64,000 nucleotides of DNA from an uncultured bacterium (GTDB lineage: Bacteria; Chloroflexota; UBA5177; JANWHV01), in contig CAWHAE010000012.1 of assembly GCA_963827235.1 (NCBI GenBank), forward strand, positions 64,001-128,000. The letters are read 5' to 3'. Position numbers and translations under genes: made by a program. The notes beneath the pieces were generated by a model. That model saw only the letters and a program-made list of their open reading frames with translations, did no database searches and was not told where the DNA came from. Positions 59,580 to 64,000 of the stretch are shown here, in pieces. Position 1 is the stretch's first letter. Each line of letters starts with the position of its first letter.

Positions 59580-59945
59580 CTACCGTCAGAACTGGCCGCG
59601 CACGGGAAGTGCCGGCACGCGTCGCACGGGCGATGCCGCCCGGCAGGCGTGACAGGTGGGTTGATCGGCTGGTTGGCAGCCTTCTATTTGGGTTGCCGGC
59701 AGGATACCACAGGCAACCGTGGCCGCAGCGCCGGCAGTCGCCACGCGGCGCTGGCGCTTACCACGCTTGGTGTGGGAGGCACGATCCGTGGTACCGGCTC
59801 CGCGGATGAGGCCGGTGCCCCATGCCCTGGCCGCGTCCTTCGCGGGCATGGCAGCCGGTTGCTGCTTCCGCGAGCAATCACGGGGGGGTTCTCGCCGCCC
59901 GTGGGGAGACATTCGTGCCTCGAGACCTGAAGGTCGATGAGTTCC
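59580..59945 (+). ncRNA. Candidate long structured leader RNA
   Basis: Run of hairpins plus a 9-bp long-range helix 59776-59784/59913-59921 enclosing four stem-loops. Confidence 0.4.
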
Positions 59946-59962
59946 TAGGAGAGGGGATCACC

Positions 59963-61906
59963 TTGTATAGGTTCAGGCTTCTCGCCCTGCTCGGCGCGGC
60001 CGCGCTGGTGGCCAATGCTTCGGGCCTTTCGGCGCGGGCAAGCGCGCGCAGTGGAGCCACCGCCGCGGTGCAGCCGTCCGCGCTGTCTGGTGCCGCGCTC
60101 AGCGACGAAATCAGCCAGTTGCGCTCCAAGGTCAAATACGTGTTCGTGCTGTATCAGGAGAATCGGTCCTTCGATTCCTACTTTGGCACCTTCCCGGGCG
60201 CCAACGGCATCTACTCGCAGCCGGCCTCGCAGACACCCGGGTACACGCAGCCGATCACGGACACCAACGGCACCGTCACCACCATCAAGCCGTTCCGCAT
60301 CGGTCCGGACCAGTACGCCGCCGATACCGACGATATCGATCACAGCCACCCGCGCATCGTCGCCAAAATGGACTTGGTGCAGAGCCAGCCGAAGATGGAC
60401 AGGTTTGCCCAGGTCGAGGAGGCGAAGTATGTCGCGGCAGGCAAGCCGATCCTCACTGCCAAGCAGATGGGCGAGCTTGCCATGGCCTATGAGGACTGCG
60501 ACACCGTGCCGTTGCTCTGGAACTATGCCAGCCGCTTCACGCTGTTCGACAACGTCTTCCAGGACATGACCGGTCCTTCAACTCCCGGCAACCTCACGAT
60601 CATTGCCGCGCAGTCCGGTCTCACGCAGTTCGTCTTGCACCCCAGTGAGGCCTACACGGGAAACGGCAGCAGCGGCTCCGGCGTGCCTGTGCTCAACGAC
60701 GCCGATCCCTTCTGGGGCTCGCAGCTCGACAAGAGCGCCAATCCCTTGCCGGTCAATCCCAGCGATTTCTCTGGCACCCCCAAGGCCGAGTATTCCACGC
60801 AGATCAACCTGACATTCGCCTCGCTGCCCCTCACCCTCGCCGGCTCCAGTCTGCCCGGTCTGGTGAAGACCGACCGCAGCCCGTCGACAGATCTGGCCGA
60901 CGTTCATCAGGACGTGACGGCGATTGGCGCCGGCAAGCTGGCCTCGGTTCCCTGGGGTTGGTACGAGGAAGGCTACGATCGGGAGCCCACCGATCCCAAC
61001 ACCGGCCCGACCGACGCCAACGGCACGCACGCCTCGTACATCACGCATCACAACGGGCCGCAATACTTCGGCTACATTGCCAACAACCCCAACATGTCGA
61101 GCAACCTGCATGGCCTGGAGGACATGTTCAACGCGCTCGACAATCACACGTTGCCTTCTCAGGGCGGCGTCTTCTACGTCAAGGGCGGCTACCAGAACAT
61201 CCTGGGCCTCAAGCCTGCCGACCCTGACCCGGCCGTGCAGAAGAACTTCCTGGGCGACGACGATCACCCCGCGTATTCCGACGCCCAGATCAGCGAGGCG
61301 CTGGTGGCCAGCACGATCAACAAGATCGCGGCCAGCCCCTACTGGAGCCAGAGCGCCATCATCCTCACCTGGGACGACTCCGAAGGCGACTACGACCACG
61401 TGCCTCCTCCGTCCGTCGCCGCCGGCCCCAACAGCCAGGATGTCAGTCTCGGGCCCCGTGTGCCGCTCCTGGTCATCTCGCCGTATGCCCGTACCCACTA
61501 CATCTCCCACCAGCAGGGCAGCCAGTCATCCGTGGTGAAGTTCGTGGATGAGCTGTTCAACCTGACGCCGCTGGCCAAGCTGCCGGACGAGCTCGGCGCC
61601 CGCGTGACCGGCAAGCAGAAATATGGGCTGGACAACATGGGCCCCATGGACGCCCTCACGCCCGGCATCGGCGACCTGCTTTCCGCCTTCGATCCGGCCC
61701 GCCTGGCCGGACGCGCGGCGCCCCTGCCGGCGTCATACGTTGAGGTGCCGCAGAGCCTGATCACGACTCTGCCGCAGCAGAGCGGCTACGGCTGCAAGGA
61801 CCTGGGCATCGTGCCTACCGACCAGGAGCTGGGCATCAGCAACCCGATCCCGCCGGACTTCAACGCGCGGCCGCTCACCGATCCCAGTGTGAAGGCTAAG
61901 AGCTGA
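59963..61906 (+). CDS. Secreted phosphoesterase (AcpA / phospholipase C family)
   Basis: QENRSFDSYFG, GPSTPG, DDDHP.YSD, TWDDS.G.YDHV.PP, GPRVP..VISPYA; AGGAGAGG RBS and TTG start. Confidence 0.92.
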   Translation: MYRFRLLALLGAAALVANASGLSARASARSGATAAVQPSALSGAALSDEISQLRSKVKYVFVLYQENRSFDSYFGTFPGANGIYSQPASQTPGYTQPITDTNGTVTTIKPFRIGPDQYAADTDDIDHSHPRIVAKMDLVQSQPKMDRFAQVEEAKYVAAGKPILTAKQMGELAMAYEDCDTVPLLWNYASRFTLFDNVFQDMTGPSTPGNLTIIAAQSGLTQFVLHPSEAYTGNGSSGSGVPVLNDADPFWGSQLDKSANPLPVNPSDFSGTPKAEYSTQINLTFASLPLTLAGSSLPGLVKTDRSPSTDLADVHQDVTAIGAGKLASVPWGWYEEGYDREPTDPNTGPTDANGTHASYITHHNGPQYFGYIANNPNMSSNLHGLEDMFNALDNHTLPSQGGVFYVKGGYQNILGLKPADPDPAVQKNFLGDDDHPAYSDAQISEALVASTINKIAASPYWSQSAIILTWDDSEGDYDHVPPPSVAAGPNSQDVSLGPRVPLLVISPYARTHYISHQQGSQSSVVKFVDELFNLTPLAKLPDELGARVTGKQKYGLDNMGPMDALTPGIGDLLSAFDPARLAGRAAPLPASYVEVPQSLITTLPQQSGYGCKDLGIVPTDQELGISNPIPPDFNARPLTDPSVKAKS

Positions 61907-62084
61907 GCCCCGACTTCGATCCCAGGGCGAGGCAAATGGGCGCCGGATATACGTGCATCCGGCGCCCATGCGCTTGTCCGCCGGCCCGGCTCCGTCATTG
62001 CCGGGTGGAGAAGCGGAAGTAGGCGCCTACCCAAGGCAGAATCGATGGATAATTGAGTAGAGGCATTGCGGGAAAGGATTTGGT

Positions 62085-63455
62085 ATGACGTTTTCATCGT
62101 GCGCGCGGCGCCTCCGCCGCGCGGGCCTGGGCGCGCTCGTGCTGGCCGGCATGCTGCAGGGAGCCGCGTCGCTCCACGCGGCGCCTGCCGGCCGGCAGGC
62201 GGAGGCGCCGACCACACTGCGCATCTGGTACGCCTCCGACGATCCCACCGAGGGACCCGTGATCCAGGCACTGGCCGCCGCCTTCCAGGCCTCGCACTCG
62301 GGAGTCACGGTGAGCCTGTCCACGTACTCCCTCGACGACATGAACGACAAGATGCAGCTTGCGCTCAGCTCCGGAAACACGCCCGACCTGGTCTACACGA
62401 CGCCGCGCGGGCCGGGACTGCCGACCTACGTGCGCGCCGACAAGCTTCTCGACCTTACCTCCGCCGCCCGGCGCGACAACTGGGCAGGCATGCTGCGGCC
62501 GGGGCTACTGAGCTCGTACAATGATCTGCTCAGCCCATCCGGCAGCGCGGGCGGCCACGTCTACGGAGCGCCGTACATGATGGCGGTGGTCGGCGTGCTC
62601 TACAACCAGGCAATCTTCTCGCGCCTGCACCTGTCCATCCCGACCAGCCTGGCCGCCTTCGAGGCTGCCTGTGCCAAGGCAAAAGCCGCCGGCCTCGTCC
62701 CCCTTGGCCTCGGCAACGCCGACGGCTGGGTGGGTGACGACTGGTACCTGACGTTGGTCAACGCGATCACGGGACCGGCGCCGCTCGTACCGGAGCTGCA
62801 CCTCGACCGGCATTTCAGCTTTGGCGGCCCGGCCTTCTTGCAGGCCGCTACCACACTGCAGAGCTGGGCCGACCAGCAGTACTTCACGCCGCAGTTCGGC
62901 GGCCTGGATGCCCAGGACGGCATGAACGCGTTCTTCCAGGGCAAGACGGCGATGGCGCTGATCTCCAGCACACAGAACGGACAGATCGTTTCCCTGGCCA
63001 AACAGACCGGGATCTCCGCCGGCGTCTTTGCCTTTCCCAGCGCGGACGTGAGCAGGGCCCCTGTGATGCCGCAGGCCGGATATTCCGGCTGGGCCGTCCC
63101 CAAGGCAGGCCGCCAGCTCGCCCTGGCGGAGGACTTCATCACCGCCATGCTGACCGATGCCACGGCGCAGAAGCTGCTCGGACATGGACTGCTCCCGGCG
63201 CGGCGACTGAGCGCGCACGATGTCGCCATGACGTCGGCATTTCAGCAGTCCTATCTGCATGCCCTGGCCACGGCCACGCCCGGTGTCTACATCGACGGGG
63301 CGCCGGTGCCCAACCTGAATGCCACCATGGAGGCCAACGTGCAGCTTCTGTTGCAGAAATTCGAGAAGCCCTCGTTCCTGGTGCGCAGCCTGCAGATGGT
63401 CTATTCCTCGAACGGATCCAAGGCCTCGAGCACGCGGACCGACGGGGAGTTCTAG
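62085..63455 (+). CDS. ABC transporter sugar-family solute-binding protein
   Basis: Signal peptide, PDL, LYN..IF, F..GK.AM. Confidence 0.88.
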   Translation: MTFSSCARRLRRAGLGALVLAGMLQGAASLHAAPAGRQAEAPTTLRIWYASDDPTEGPVIQALAAAFQASHSGVTVSLSTYSLDDMNDKMQLALSSGNTPDLVYTTPRGPGLPTYVRADKLLDLTSAARRDNWAGMLRPGLLSSYNDLLSPSGSAGGHVYGAPYMMAVVGVLYNQAIFSRLHLSIPTSLAAFEAACAKAKAAGLVPLGLGNADGWVGDDWYLTLVNAITGPAPLVPELHLDRHFSFGGPAFLQAATTLQSWADQQYFTPQFGGLDAQDGMNAFFQGKTAMALISSTQNGQIVSLAKQTGISAGVFAFPSADVSRAPVMPQAGYSGWAVPKAGRQLALAEDFITAMLTDATAQKLLGHGLLPARRLSAHDVAMTSAFQQSYLHALATATPGVYIDGAPVPNLNATMEANVQLLLQKFEKPSFLVRSLQMVYSSNGSKASSTRTDGEF

Positions 63456-63490
63456 CCGGTTCGGCCGGCGGTTCGCCCGCTCCACGCACT

Positions 63491-63533
63491 GACACCCCCG
63501 GTCGCCCAGCCTTGCCGGCCGACCGGGGGTGTC
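63491..63533 (+). terminator. GC-rich hairpin after the SBP gene
   Basis: GACACCCCCGGTCG...CGACCGGGGGTGTC 14-bp stem; no U-tract. Confidence 0.5.
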
Positions 63534-63857
63534 GCCCGTCTCATCCGCTGCGTCGAGGTCGGTGGCGAGGTGTTGCTCGATCACCTGCCGCGGCGGCGCG
63601 GGCAGACGCTACCCTGCCTGCACGCGTGAGCCGGACTCCCTACCCGCAAGCCGGGATGCGGCTTCTGCCTGCCTTGCCAAGCAGCTGCGCACGCTCCTAC
63701 CACTCATGAGGCGGTCCGTGGCTAGCCCTGGGAGCCGGCAGCGCGCGGGCTCGCGCGTGGCCGTCGGCATTGACAGGCGCTGGAAAACGGAGTCAACTAA
63801 TCTGCAGCAGGCTCGACGCCGCATTCAGGCACCCTGAAACCGGCTAAGGTGGCAATC

Positions 63858-64000
63858 ATGACAGTTGGCGCGAAGGCGTGCGCGGCCGAGCTGCTTCAGC
63901 GGGGCACTCGCCTCCTGGTGGGCACCGGCCTCGTCACCACCATGGTTCTGCGCATCGGCGGTGCCGTCCTGATGCTCTTTGCCTTCGTCTCCTGGCTCAA
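63858..64000 (+). CDS. Membrane protein, 3'-partial
   Basis: MTVGAKAC...LRIGGAVLMLFAFVSWL runs off the edge; AAGG RBS and upstream TTGACA. Confidence 0.4.
   Translation, partial: MTVGAKACAAELLQRGTRLLVGTGLVTTMVLRIGGAVLMLFAFVSWL

Noticed and set aside
59600-59935. Cobalamin riboswitch (GGGAAG...GAGACCUG)
   Set aside because: The T-loop GGUGxAAxUCC and the CCCxCxACUGU and GCCACUG elements are missing.

Overview
GC-rich bacterial DNA, most likely Chloroflexota (Chloroflexi-type 'YFPxxxHTLRGxFLxFWxxHGG' surface repeat, TIR-STAND-WD40 and MalT-like LuxR proteins). The right half (~36-64 kb) is fairly ordinary: pruA, rplY, a GH63-like hydrolase with a two-component system and sugar ABC operon, an FTR1 iron permease, larBCE, a phosphoesterase and a solute-binding protein. 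The left half (~4-36 kb) is a mosaic of duplicated, shuffled modules and gene shards. Its most striking element is a ~330-bp expression cassette present four times: 12-bp-period direct repeats, a TATAAT box, a 151-nt RNA, a hairpin and an RBS/ATG. The RNA folds like a c-di-GMP-II riboswitch but has altered ligand-pocket nucleotides and a ~70-nt insertion containing anti-Shine-Dalgarno sequence. The copies head three different gene types (one secreted-protein family twice, a SnoaL gene, and an apparently exact 739-bp duplicate of a COG1839 gene). A second 428-bp cassette occurs twice. Other notable items are an orphan 132-aa mini-flagellin-like ORF and a ~380-nt highly structured leader behind Pho-box-like repeats. 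No tRNA, rRNA, CRISPR array, transposase or integrase was recognised. All calls were made by eye from motifs; no searches were run.
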